64,000 bases of DNA, taken from NCBI GenBank assembly GCA_043801745.1, contig JAZDLR010000010.1, forward strand, positions 10,509 to 74,508, given 5' to 3'. Numbering within the stretch: the first letter of the stretch is position 1; each line of letters opens with the position of its first letter. Origin of the DNA: Candidatus Komeilibacteria bacterium (GTDB lineage Bacteria; Patescibacteriota; Patescibacteriia; UBA1558; 2-01-FULL-52-15). Positions 1 through 7,542 of the stretch are shown piece by piece. Below the pieces are notes generated by a model. It made no database searches, had not been told where the DNA came from, and saw only the letters and a program-made list of their open reading frames with translations. The translations under genes were made by a program, and so were the position numbers.

Positions 1-1569
1 CTTCACGTCGGCCATCTGCTGAATTTGACTTTTGCAGATCTTGTACGAACTGCCGTCAATGCAGAGGCGTTGTATCTGGAATTAAACGACACCGGCGATC
101 GCATCTTCGGGACAGTGGCCAGATTGGCGGAGGTTCGAGGGGTTGATATCAACAACGCCCACCACTTGATTCTCAATGATCAAGTGGCTTCCATAGAGCT
201 TGAACATGCCTATCGGACGCGACATACCGACGGTGAGCTTTTCGAACAAGCAGCAACCTTAATAGGTAGAGGTTCTGCTGATTTGTTAGCCGCCGTTACA
301 CAGAAGATAGTATCCAGTCTAACTATGCTTGGTCTCGAGGACATACGGCCAATTCAGGATTCTTCATGCGTTTTAAACGTGGAAGATCTTGTGCGTAGTG
401 GACAAATACATGAAGACGGTTGCGGCTTTTCCTTTACCCGTTTCCAGAAAGCGTCCAAGAACGTATTAGTCGTTCTGGAAAAAGGTGGAATCTTGACGGC
501 GACAGCCACACGTGTAGCTTTTGTACTGGAGGCACAAAAGACACGCCCGTCTCAAACCCCAATTTTTGTCGACGGCGACCCCACCATTACTCGTGCCCTA
601 GATTTAGTGGAACTCACGACCTCTATCCGTCCGATTCAGATTGAAGGGGCGGGAATTGGTTTTGGTCTAAAGATCGCCTCTGGTACCAAGGGTGACTCGA
701 TATCGGTAGAAGATCTAGGCCGCTTTTACCGAAAGCGTTTTCCGGAATCCTCTGATGGTGATCTGTTGTCGACAGCTAAGTTTTTCTTGCTCACTCGATT
801 TGCCACTGTTCCGTCTCATCGTAGAAGTCCAGGTACGCTTGCAAAAGCGGCCCCTCTCGGCCTATCCTTTTACGATTATCGCGATACAGACAGTTTTGTA
901 TCGGATTTTCTGAAAGCCAAAGACGAGAAAGTCGAATGGTTTAATCGCATTCGGCGTTGCCTGGACTGTCTAAAAAACGACGAGTCTAAATTGTCACAGA
1001 TCCAGTCTGAGCTGGAAGACATACCGCCGGCATACAAAGCAGCTTGGCTGCGCGCTAAATCGCTTCCGGACATACAGGACATCAAACGACTACTTCCCTC
1101 ACCCTTTGTTCTTCCAGTTATGGGGGTTATGGGAAGAATTCGTGAATGGATCCATAGACGTTCGGAAATTAAGAGCCCATCCGAGATCGACAGTGCCATT
1201 TTAGACGAATATCTGAGTGGCTCTAGAACACTGGGAGATCTCGCTCGAGGTCTAAAAGCCCGGGGAATAATACGGGTTGCCATTCCTGGAGATTCCGAAC
1301 AAGAAGTCGACTTTCTATTCCTCGATAACCTAGCTCAACGTGGTTACAGTTTGGACGAGATCAGGAGGCTAGCTCCGCATTACTTGTCGGGTTCCCAGTC
1401 CCTGGTCAGAAAAAACTGCTACTACTTTGACGTACTGAACGGCATTCTGGAACTTCTAGATGCTGTTCAGCACCCGCAGAGGCAATATCGGCAGACTCTG
1501 TTAGAGGCAATTCATCTTTGTCTCAACAGATTAGGTATTGCGAAGGAGGTGTTAAATGGGGTGGACTGA
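1..1569 (+). CDS. Divergent arginyl-tRNA synthetase-like protein (class I aaRS paralogue), 5'-partial
   Basis: Frame +1 is open from base 1 and reads LHVGHLLNLTFADLVR (HIGH motif HVGH). ELNDTG resembles ArgRS INDWG; KIASGTKGDSISVEDL resembles KMSTRKGNVV.LEDL; C-terminal RQTLLEAIHLCLNRLGI resembles the end of the DALR domain. Confidence 0.7.
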   Translation, partial: LHVGHLLNLTFADLVRTAVNAEALYLELNDTGDRIFGTVARLAEVRGVDINNAHHLILNDQVASIELEHAYRTRHTDGELFEQAATLIGRGSADLLAAVTQKIVSSLTMLGLEDIRPIQDSSCVLNVEDLVRSGQIHEDGCGFSFTRFQKASKNVLVVLEKGGILTATATRVAFVLEAQKTRPSQTPIFVDGDPTITRALDLVELTTSIRPIQIEGAGIGFGLKIASGTKGDSISVEDLGRFYRKRFPESSDGDLLSTAKFFLLTRFATVPSHRRSPGTLAKAAPLGLSFYDYRDTDSFVSDFLKAKDEKVEWFNRIRRCLDCLKNDESKLSQIQSELEDIPPAYKAAWLRAKSLPDIQDIKRLLPSPFVLPVMGVMGRIREWIHRRSEIKSPSEIDSAILDEYLSGSRTLGDLARGLKARGIIRVAIPGDSEQEVDFLFLDNLAQRGYSLDEIRRLAPHYLSGSQSLVRKNCYYFDVLNGILELLDAVQHPQRQYRQTLLEAIHLCLNRLGIAKEVLNGVD

Positions 1570-2689
1570 TTCACCTCAATTGCTGTATCCGCGTCGTGTG
1601 GTTCTCTGGGGCCGGGAGTTTCCCGCCCCAGAGAATTTTCCTCTAGGCGGTTTAAGTCAGGTATCCTATCAGCAAGGCGGAGAGATAATACAAATCGGAT
1701 TAGCCGCTAGGAAGCGTCTTCCGAACTATCTTTTCCGGATTGTAAGTAGATGGGTTTCTCCCCAGGCTTCGATAAGAGTAGACCTTAACGCAAGGTCGTT
1801 AGATCACGGAAACTTGATTAGCAGAAGACTGGGAATGATAAGGGGGTGGAGCTTAGGCGTTCCAAGAGCTCATCCTAAGATCCTAACTCTGACCGAAGAT
1901 GGCAGGCAGTTCCCCGTGCATAGGATTCAACGGGTTCATGGAACAAATTTATCCACCTGTTTCCTGCTTCCCATGAGTCCAGAGCAGCTTAATAGTTGCT
2001 CTGATTTGTACGAAGGGCTACTTGCTTTCATTGCTCAGTATCATGGTGATGTTCGAGTCGATATAGGACAAGAAACGCTTAGAACTTATTACAAGAGAAG
2101 GCTCCATGATCTTTCTCAGGCCATGACTCATATCGCAATCCGAAAGGAGGAGTACAAAGATAAGCTTAAGCCGTTCATTTTGTTGGCGCAGATTTTAGCC
2201 AGGGATCTGAACGAGGGTATAGAGCCGGACGAACTCATGCTTCCAGTGCATGGAGATTTTCGTCCAAATAATATCCTTGTCGATTTCGATCAGCGCCAAG
2301 CTTGGATTATTGATTTCGAGCAAGGTTTATTGGGGGGCGATTGGTTTGTTGACTTGTGGAAGATGGGTCTTTTCTCTTCTACGCCAGCAAAGATGGCACC
2401 GATGCTCACGCATCGTCTTCAGCAGAAGCTGCTGGAGGTATATAGTCAGTCGAGAAGAACGTTCCTATCTCGAGTCACCATAGGATTACCGCTCTCGGAA
2501 AATCCTATACTCAGATACAGAACTAATCTTGCCCGATTCGATCTATTGGTGTCGTTCTTCGTCCTTCGCTATCTTATGGGCTGGCATTTTGAAGAAAAAA
2601 AAGATCCGCGCGGGATCATTCTGCGCGGTGATCGCTTCATTCTAAATCTGCTTACGCCCATGGCTACGGGCATAAAGCGCCCAACATAA
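1556..2689 (+). CDS. APH/choline-kinase-family phosphotransferase
   Basis: Brenner motif HGDFRPNN, metal-binding IIDFE, downstream DWFVDL; AAGGAGG SD upstream; overlaps the preceding gene. Confidence 0.85.
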   Translation: MGWTDSPQLLYPRRVVLWGREFPAPENFPLGGLSQVSYQQGGEIIQIGLAARKRLPNYLFRIVSRWVSPQASIRVDLNARSLDHGNLISRRLGMIRGWSLGVPRAHPKILTLTEDGRQFPVHRIQRVHGTNLSTCFLLPMSPEQLNSCSDLYEGLLAFIAQYHGDVRVDIGQETLRTYYKRRLHDLSQAMTHIAIRKEEYKDKLKPFILLAQILARDLNEGIEPDELMLPVHGDFRPNNILVDFDQRQAWIIDFEQGLLGGDWFVDLWKMGLFSSTPAKMAPMLTHRLQQKLLEVYSQSRRTFLSRVTIGLPLSENPILRYRTNLARFDLLVSFFVLRYLMGWHFEEKKDPRGIILRGDRFILNLLTPMATGIKRPT

Positions 2690-2704
2690 CAGTTGGGCGC
2701 TTTT
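2674..2704. terminator. Bidirectional intrinsic terminator
   Basis: aaagcgcccaac-ataaca-gttgggcgcttt 12-bp stem between convergent genes. Confidence 0.75.
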
Positions 2705-3148
2705 CTATTTTAATCCCTTCCTAATTTTTTTTATGTTGAGATCCATTTGTCTGGGCGTAACCGTCATCAGGGCCTTATATAGTTTTCGGTTGTTTAATAT
2801 TTTAAAGGGATTTGTCTGTTCATTGGCAGAACGCGGGACAATATGAAAGTGAACATGAGGTATGCTTTGACCAGCTTCTTTCCCAATGTTAGTGAACAAA
2901 TTAAAACTATCGGTCTTATAAACTTTAGTAAGACTTTTTTCGATTTTCTTCATCAATTTAAATAAACCGACTAAATCCGAATCAGTCATCTCTAGAACGC
3001 TTCTTCTGTGCACCTTAGGAAAAACAATAGTGTGCCCCGGAGACAAAGGTCGACGTGGATGGATTGCGATGGCGTAAGGAGTTTCCAGGATTATCTGTGT
3101 GCGGAATGAAGCTGACGCCGCAGGACAGAATTGACAGTTATTCTTCAT
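2705..3148 (-). CDS. HIT-family nucleotide hydrolase (Hint/Fhit-like)
   Basis: N-terminal CxxC, PLSPGHTIVFPK, AGQSIPHVHFHIVPR histidine triad. Confidence 0.93.
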   Translation of the reverse strand: MKNNCQFCPAASASFRTQIILETPYAIAIHPRRPLSPGHTIVFPKVHRRSVLEMTDSDLVGLFKLMKKIEKSLTKVYKTDSFNLFTNIGKEAGQSIPHVHFHIVPRSANEQTNPFKILNNRKLYKALMTVTPRQMDLNIKKIRKGLK

Positions 3149-3164
3149 TATTGTATGTTAATAC

Positions 3165-3191
3165 ATTGAATTATAACATCTATAATTCAAT
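3165..3191. promoter_or_regulatory. Perfect dyad containing back-to-back TATAAT boxes (divergent promoters/operator)
   Basis: attgaattata-acatc-tataattcaat; TATAAT on + at 3181-3186 and on - at 3170-3175, between divergent HIT and radical SAM genes. Confidence 0.6.
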
Positions 3192-3245
3192 CTGTGAACG
3201 TACCTTTACATGACGATTTACTCCGAGTCAGAAAGGAGAAAGCTA

Positions 3246-4043
3246 ATGCCCCCCCGGACTATAAAGATGCTGAAATTCAAGGGAATAGTGGGGCAAGAAC
3301 TGCGGCCCAACTATTTCTACCAAGCCTTTGGTAGGTCGGTTACTAATAACCGCATTCTCTCCTTTGGATCCTGTAACTTTTCCTGTCCCTACTGCAAACG
3401 ACTAGATACTTTTCGCCAAGAAGATGGGTCGGTGATCGACGCAGTGCCAGTAACGATGCAGGATATCTTCACCCTCTGTGATGACGCCGTCTCCAAGGGA
3501 CAAGTTGTTAGGCTGAGCGGTGGTGATCCTGTGATGTTTCCAAGCGAATCCATCGAGATTGGGAAATACGTCAGAAAAATCGGCGGTCGGATGTCGATGG
3601 CTCACAATGGATCCTCTCCGAGCTTCGCCTCTCGCGTTGCCCCATACCTTGAGGCTGCTGCGATTGATCTCAAGGCAACAAAGGAGGGAATGTCCACCAT
3701 CATCGGTTTTACTGAGGGCAGAGGACAAGTGATGTTCGATCGCAGTATCGATACACAAAATGTGTTGGCTGCGGCAAATGTCCTGGTGGACGTTCGTACT
3801 CCTGTGTTCGGGTGGACTACTCTGGATGACCTACTTCAAATTGCAGAATCCATTGTGAGACAACCGCACCCAGAAATGAAGTTCTGGACTCTGCGTCTTT
3901 ACAAAAGGGTCAGCTGGTGTGACTTCGAACCACCCATCCAAGAAAATGTTATATGGATGGCGAACGAGGTAAAACACAAGTTCCCCGTACTGCCCATGGG
4001 AATACGAGCCAAGTGGGAGCCCCGCGGCTTCCTCTTTCTGTAG
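3246..4043 (+). CDS. Radical SAM protein, NrdG/PflA activating-enzyme-like
   Basis: CNFSCPYC (CxxxCxxC), LSGGDP, HNGS, AIDLKA, VRTPV; start moved to ATG 3246 behind GAAAGGAG SD (ORF track starts at 3210). Confidence 0.88.
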   Translation: MPPRTIKMLKFKGIVGQELRPNYFYQAFGRSVTNNRILSFGSCNFSCPYCKRLDTFRQEDGSVIDAVPVTMQDIFTLCDDAVSKGQVVRLSGGDPVMFPSESIEIGKYVRKIGGRMSMAHNGSSPSFASRVAPYLEAAAIDLKATKEGMSTIIGFTEGRGQVMFDRSIDTQNVLAAANVLVDVRTPVFGWTTLDDLLQIAESIVRQPHPEMKFWTLRLYKRVSWCDFEPPIQENVIWMANEVKHKFPVLPMGIRAKWEPRGFLFL

Positions 4044-4049
4044 GCGTCT

Positions 4050-4649
4050 ATGCGCATCATAGCAGTAAGACACGGCGAATCTGTCGCCGGAGTACGGAGA
4101 ATAGTTCTCGGGCATAATGACGCCCCTCTCACTGAGAGAGGGAAGGCACAAATGTCTGAGGTGTCGAGGCGACTTAAATGCTTTACCCCTGCTGTTATTA
4201 TCTCGAGCGATCTCTTGCGTGCCGTTCAATCCGCACAGATTATCTCTCGAGAGATATCAGTATCACACGCACTTAGTCTAACTGAATTTAGAGAACGTCA
4301 TTATGGTGTTCTGCAGGGCATGACGGTCTCTGACTTGCGTCTCGCGCATCCAGTTGTCTTTTCTGATGACGATACTCTGCTTGTGGACAGGATACCAGGA
4401 GCGGAATTGGAGACGGATTTTGCAGCTCGTGTAGTAGCAGGACTAAAACTGCTTATAAACGAGTACGCGAATCAGCGGGTTATCCTAGTCATCCATGGCG
4501 GCGTAATTCGTCTACTGTATGCCCTGTCTCTTCATCTGTCTTTTGACTCAGTCTATTTTCGCATCGATCCAGTCTTGAATGGATCAGTGCACTGTTTCCG
4601 AGTAGATTCTACAGATATGAATCATCTAGAAATAGAGAGGGAGGAATAA
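4050..4649 (+). CDS. Histidine phosphatase (phosphoglycerate mutase-like superfamily)
   Basis: VRHGES, SSDLLRAVQSA, RERHYG, LVIHGGVIR. Confidence 0.93.
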   Translation: MRIIAVRHGESVAGVRRIVLGHNDAPLTERGKAQMSEVSRRLKCFTPAVIISSDLLRAVQSAQIISREISVSHALSLTEFRERHYGVLQGMTVSDLRLAHPVVFSDDDTLLVDRIPGAELETDFAARVVAGLKLLINEYANQRVILVIHGGVIRLLYALSLHLSFDSVYFRIDPVLNGSVHCFRVDSTDMNHLEIEREE

Positions 4650-4873
4650 TGGTCAAAGTAGAACATGGCCCTGCCGGGCTCAATAACAGAGAGGGGCTGA
4701 GGTGTGTTGATACAATCCATATTCATACACCCTCAGTTCAGACCGACGCTGGAAATCGGTCAGTTGCCGACAAGCGTGCAGCCGAATTGGCTCAGGAAAG
4801 ACACGGAACGGATGTTCAGATTCTGATAGTAAGTGATTTCTGCTATCAGAATGTGTACATCGTTCTCAAATAA
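4649..4873 (+). CDS. Small hypothetical protein (74 aa)
   Basis: GGAGG SD, TAATG stop/start overlap with the phosphatase, followed by a terminator. Confidence 0.65.
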   Translation: MVKVEHGPAGLNNREGLRCVDTIHIHTPSVQTDAGNRSVADKRAAELAQERHGTDVQILIVSDFCYQNVYIVLK

Positions 4874-4888
4874 TCTCTCAAAAACAAT

Positions 4889-4919
4889 GACCCCGACAGT
4901 GTAAACTGTCGGGGTCTTT
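4889..4919. terminator. Intrinsic terminator between convergent genes
   Basis: gaccccgacagt-gtaa-actgtcggggtc perfect 12-bp stem followed by TTT. Confidence 0.8.
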
Positions 4920-4925
4920 CGCAAC

Positions 4926-6224
4926 CTAGGAAATTTCGGTCGCGAGATAAACATTTTGACGCTCAGAGAAGAGGCGGATAGGACGATCAATGACCACAGA
5001 TTCCATCCCTTTCGGACGGAAATAGTCGAGAAGCAACTTAACATTGTCAGGGCTGGTAATCACCAGTCGACTCTCCTGGGTACCCTCGAGATCCAGCAGT
5101 GCATTCGCCAAACGGGTCTTGCGATCACTGTCAGGTTCAGGCTCCTCCAAAACATGTCGGAAGCTGAAATCCGGATTCCCCTGATCACGTGACGCGAGGA
5201 TGATCTCGTGATTCACGTGACGAGACTTTGAGTCTGTATTGAGACCAAGACTCTTGGCAAGGCGTAGTGCCTCCGTATTTTCTAGATACTGTGCCTTTAT
5301 GTCGCGGAAGGATAAACCAGTTAGTCTCGGACCCATCAGAACATGATCTAGTGCCTTGGTAAGGGTAACGCCCTGATTTCGCCTGTCGGTCGTTACGACT
5401 CGTCCAGAATAGCGTTTCACCTCCTTCATCATTTCGATCGAGGAGGCCTCTGTCGAGCAGAAAATGTGCAGAGGAGAGTCGGACATTGCTAGTCCTACAG
5501 CCGTTGCCATATTCCTGTCGTGTTCAGTCATTGAGCCGTTTCCATTTGTTACTGCCGTATTCTGCAGTAAAACGATGGGCGTGCGATTCAGATGAAGACA
5601 CGAGACAAACTGCTCGATCAACAGAAGGACATCGGCATCAGATTTCTGCGAAACCCTCTCATAACTGCTAAGACTTCTGTATAGCAGGCTTACATGAGGC
5701 AGTAGTTCACTCTCACTGATACGGACATAGAGCTCCACTTCCCTTCTGTGAACCTGTTGTATCGCTTTTAGTACAGCATCTCTTCGAACCCGTTCCTCAT
5801 CGTACTCAAAGTAGGAGTCCACCACAGGAATGACGTTGGACCATTCCGACGAGGGCCAGGTAATCTCGAAGAATAAGACGGGGACATTCTGTTCTTGACA
5901 AGCGTTGCGGATGATCCTCCGAATTTGTGTCGACTGACATGTCTCGTCGAAGATGGCGACGCCTTCCTCGATAGAACGGAGCCATAACAGAATTTCCTTC
6001 AACTTTGACTCAACGTGTCCGACTGAACTCAGGAGTGCTGCCCTCTCAGTTGTCACTGCAGATTTGTAGAAGTCCCTAAGGGGAATGAGAGGGGGGTAAG
6101 TAGAATACAGTTTGACATTCGGATTCCCTAGCCACTTGAGGAAGTTTTCGAGCTTCAGAGCCGCCAGGGTTCGCCCAAATGTGGCAAACCCCGTTGTGAC
6201 GATAAGAGCTTTTCTGCCTGACAC
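4926..6224 (-). CDS. Degenerate 6-phosphofructo-2-kinase/fructose-2,6-bisphosphatase-like protein (probable pseudoenzyme)
   Basis: Colinear similarity to PFKFB over both domains: [13 protein letters not shown]~[19 protein letters not shown]~[15 protein letters not shown]~[14 protein letters not shown]~[23 protein letters not shown]~VLVICHQAVMRCLLAYF; GTG start with AAAGGAG SD. Confidence 0.75.
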   Translation of the reverse strand: [432 protein letters not shown]

Positions 6225-6317
6225 GGCTTTTCTCCTTTCTTCTGCAAGAAAGCTGTTTAGGAGGTCAATCCTCCAAATATCCAGATAGTATATGAAATGA
6301 ACTCTGAGTGACCGTAC

Positions 6318-6346
6318 ACTATATAAACATTATGTTTATTTGTCAA
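6318..6346 (-). promoter_or_regulatory. Sigma70 promoter with a palindrome in the spacer
   Basis: Minus strand TTGACA-17nt-TATAGT; ATAAACAT-T-ATGTTTAT dyad at 6323-6339. Confidence 0.7.
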
Positions 6347-6458
6347 ATATTCTATTTTACCTACACCGACTGATGTAGCGACCTATTATTGTAACTTCGG
6401 TATTGGCAAAATCCGTCGTTCTTGGCTAAAATAGGTTATAATACCGTCTATTAGGCGC

Positions 6459-6560
6459 CGCCACCCTGCGCTCGCAGAGCGAGCTTCGGGTGGCCTCTGG
6501 CCACACGAAGAGGCGAAGCCTCAAGCAGGGTAGTCACCCGTAGCCTTGGCGAAGAGTGAC
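6459..6560 (+). repeat. Cluster of GC-rich REP-like hairpins upstream of the GIY-YIG gene
   Basis: gccacc..gctcgcagagcgagc..gggtggc, gaggcgaagcctc, gtcac..gtagccttggcgaag..gtgac. Confidence 0.55.
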
Positions 6561-6584
6561 ATGACAGAGCCCAAAAAAGCGATT

Positions 6585-6821
6585 ATGTACTATGTTTATC
6601 TTTTAAAATTGAATAACGGTAAAATTTATTCTGGATGTACAGATGATCTATACACGAGAATTCAAAAACACCAACAGGGAAAGGTAATTTCTACTCGCGA
6701 CTTACGACCTTTGAAATTAATTTGGTATTGTTATTTTCCGTCCAGAGTTCAAGCTAGAAGATTTGAAAAGTACCTTAAAACTGGGTCTGGACAGGCATTT
6801 AGGAATAAACATTTAGTTTAA
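6585..6821 (+). CDS. Stand-alone GIY-YIG nuclease (UPF0213-like)
   Basis: MYYVYLL..IYSGCT..RIQKH..EKYLKTGSG. Confidence 0.9.
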   Translation: MYYVYLLKLNNGKIYSGCTDDLYTRIQKHQQGKVISTRDLRPLKLIWYCYFPSRVQARRFEKYLKTGSGQAFRNKHLV

Positions 6822-6893
6822 AAGTATCGGAGTGACCCGTGCAGGTCATTTACGCAGATTCGCCGAGAGACATTTTTTTGATATACTAATTTA

Positions 6894-7508
6894 ATGAGCG
6901 TATACCTAGAATTATATATAGTATTAGCATATATTATTTCGCTAGGGCTAAAGTACTACCTAAAAAGAGACTGGCCGTGGGGGTTAGTTTTTTTTGCTCC
7001 AATTGCCTTTCCACTGATACCCTTGGCATTAGTCAGTCAGATTTTATTGCATCAGACTATTGATACTATTATAAATATACATACCTATACGACTACTTTA
7101 GTATTCTTCTTGCTTTCTCAGTTGATTTACATTATCCCGTCAACGCCTGTTCTTTTGAAAAGTTTTTTTGGCAAAAATCTTCTGGCTATTAATTCGCCCC
7201 TGTATTGGAGTCATACTTGGCAGATAGTTATCGTAGTCCTTGCTGTCAGTGGCACTATTGCCATGCGCTATATAAAACAACCTAAAAAGACTTTAGAAAA
7301 GAGAATGTCAGCACGCTTTCTCGCCAATATATTTCCAATCTTTTATCTGTTGGTCTTAGTTGGATTGTTTGATTTATTATTTTCACAGATTATAATTTCT
7401 TGGGGCGCACTCCTCGCTATTATTATAAGCTTTTTCAGCGGTGGCTTGATTGAGCAGTGGAATAAAGCTGGCAAACCATTTTCATTTTTTGCTACATTTA
7501 AAAAATAG
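6894..7508 (+). CDS. Hypothetical multi-pass membrane protein
   Basis: About 6 hydrophobic segments; extended -10 (TGATATACT) 6 nt before ATG. Confidence 0.7.
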   Translation: MSVYLELYIVLAYIISLGLKYYLKRDWPWGLVFFAPIAFPLIPLALVSQILLHQTIDTIINIHTYTTTLVFFLLSQLIYIIPSTPVLLKSFFGKNLLAINSPLYWSHTWQIVIVVLAVSGTIAMRYIKQPKKTLEKRMSARFLANIFPIFYLLVLVGLFDLLFSQIIISWGALLAIIISFFSGGLIEQWNKAGKPFSFFATFKK

Positions 7509-7542
7509 TGATTATCGAGTAACCCGTCTGTCGTCCGACGCT

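Noticed and set aside
3246-4043. Prokaryotic viperin
   Set aside because: It lacks the viperin-type N.H...CNY.C.FC context and downstream motifs; IDLKA and VRT match activase-like enzymes better.
6361-6560. tRNA, riboswitch or self-cleaving ribozyme at the island boundary
   Set aside because: No cloverleaf or T-loop; CTGATG is not followed by the hammerhead core; I could not match a known motif by eye.
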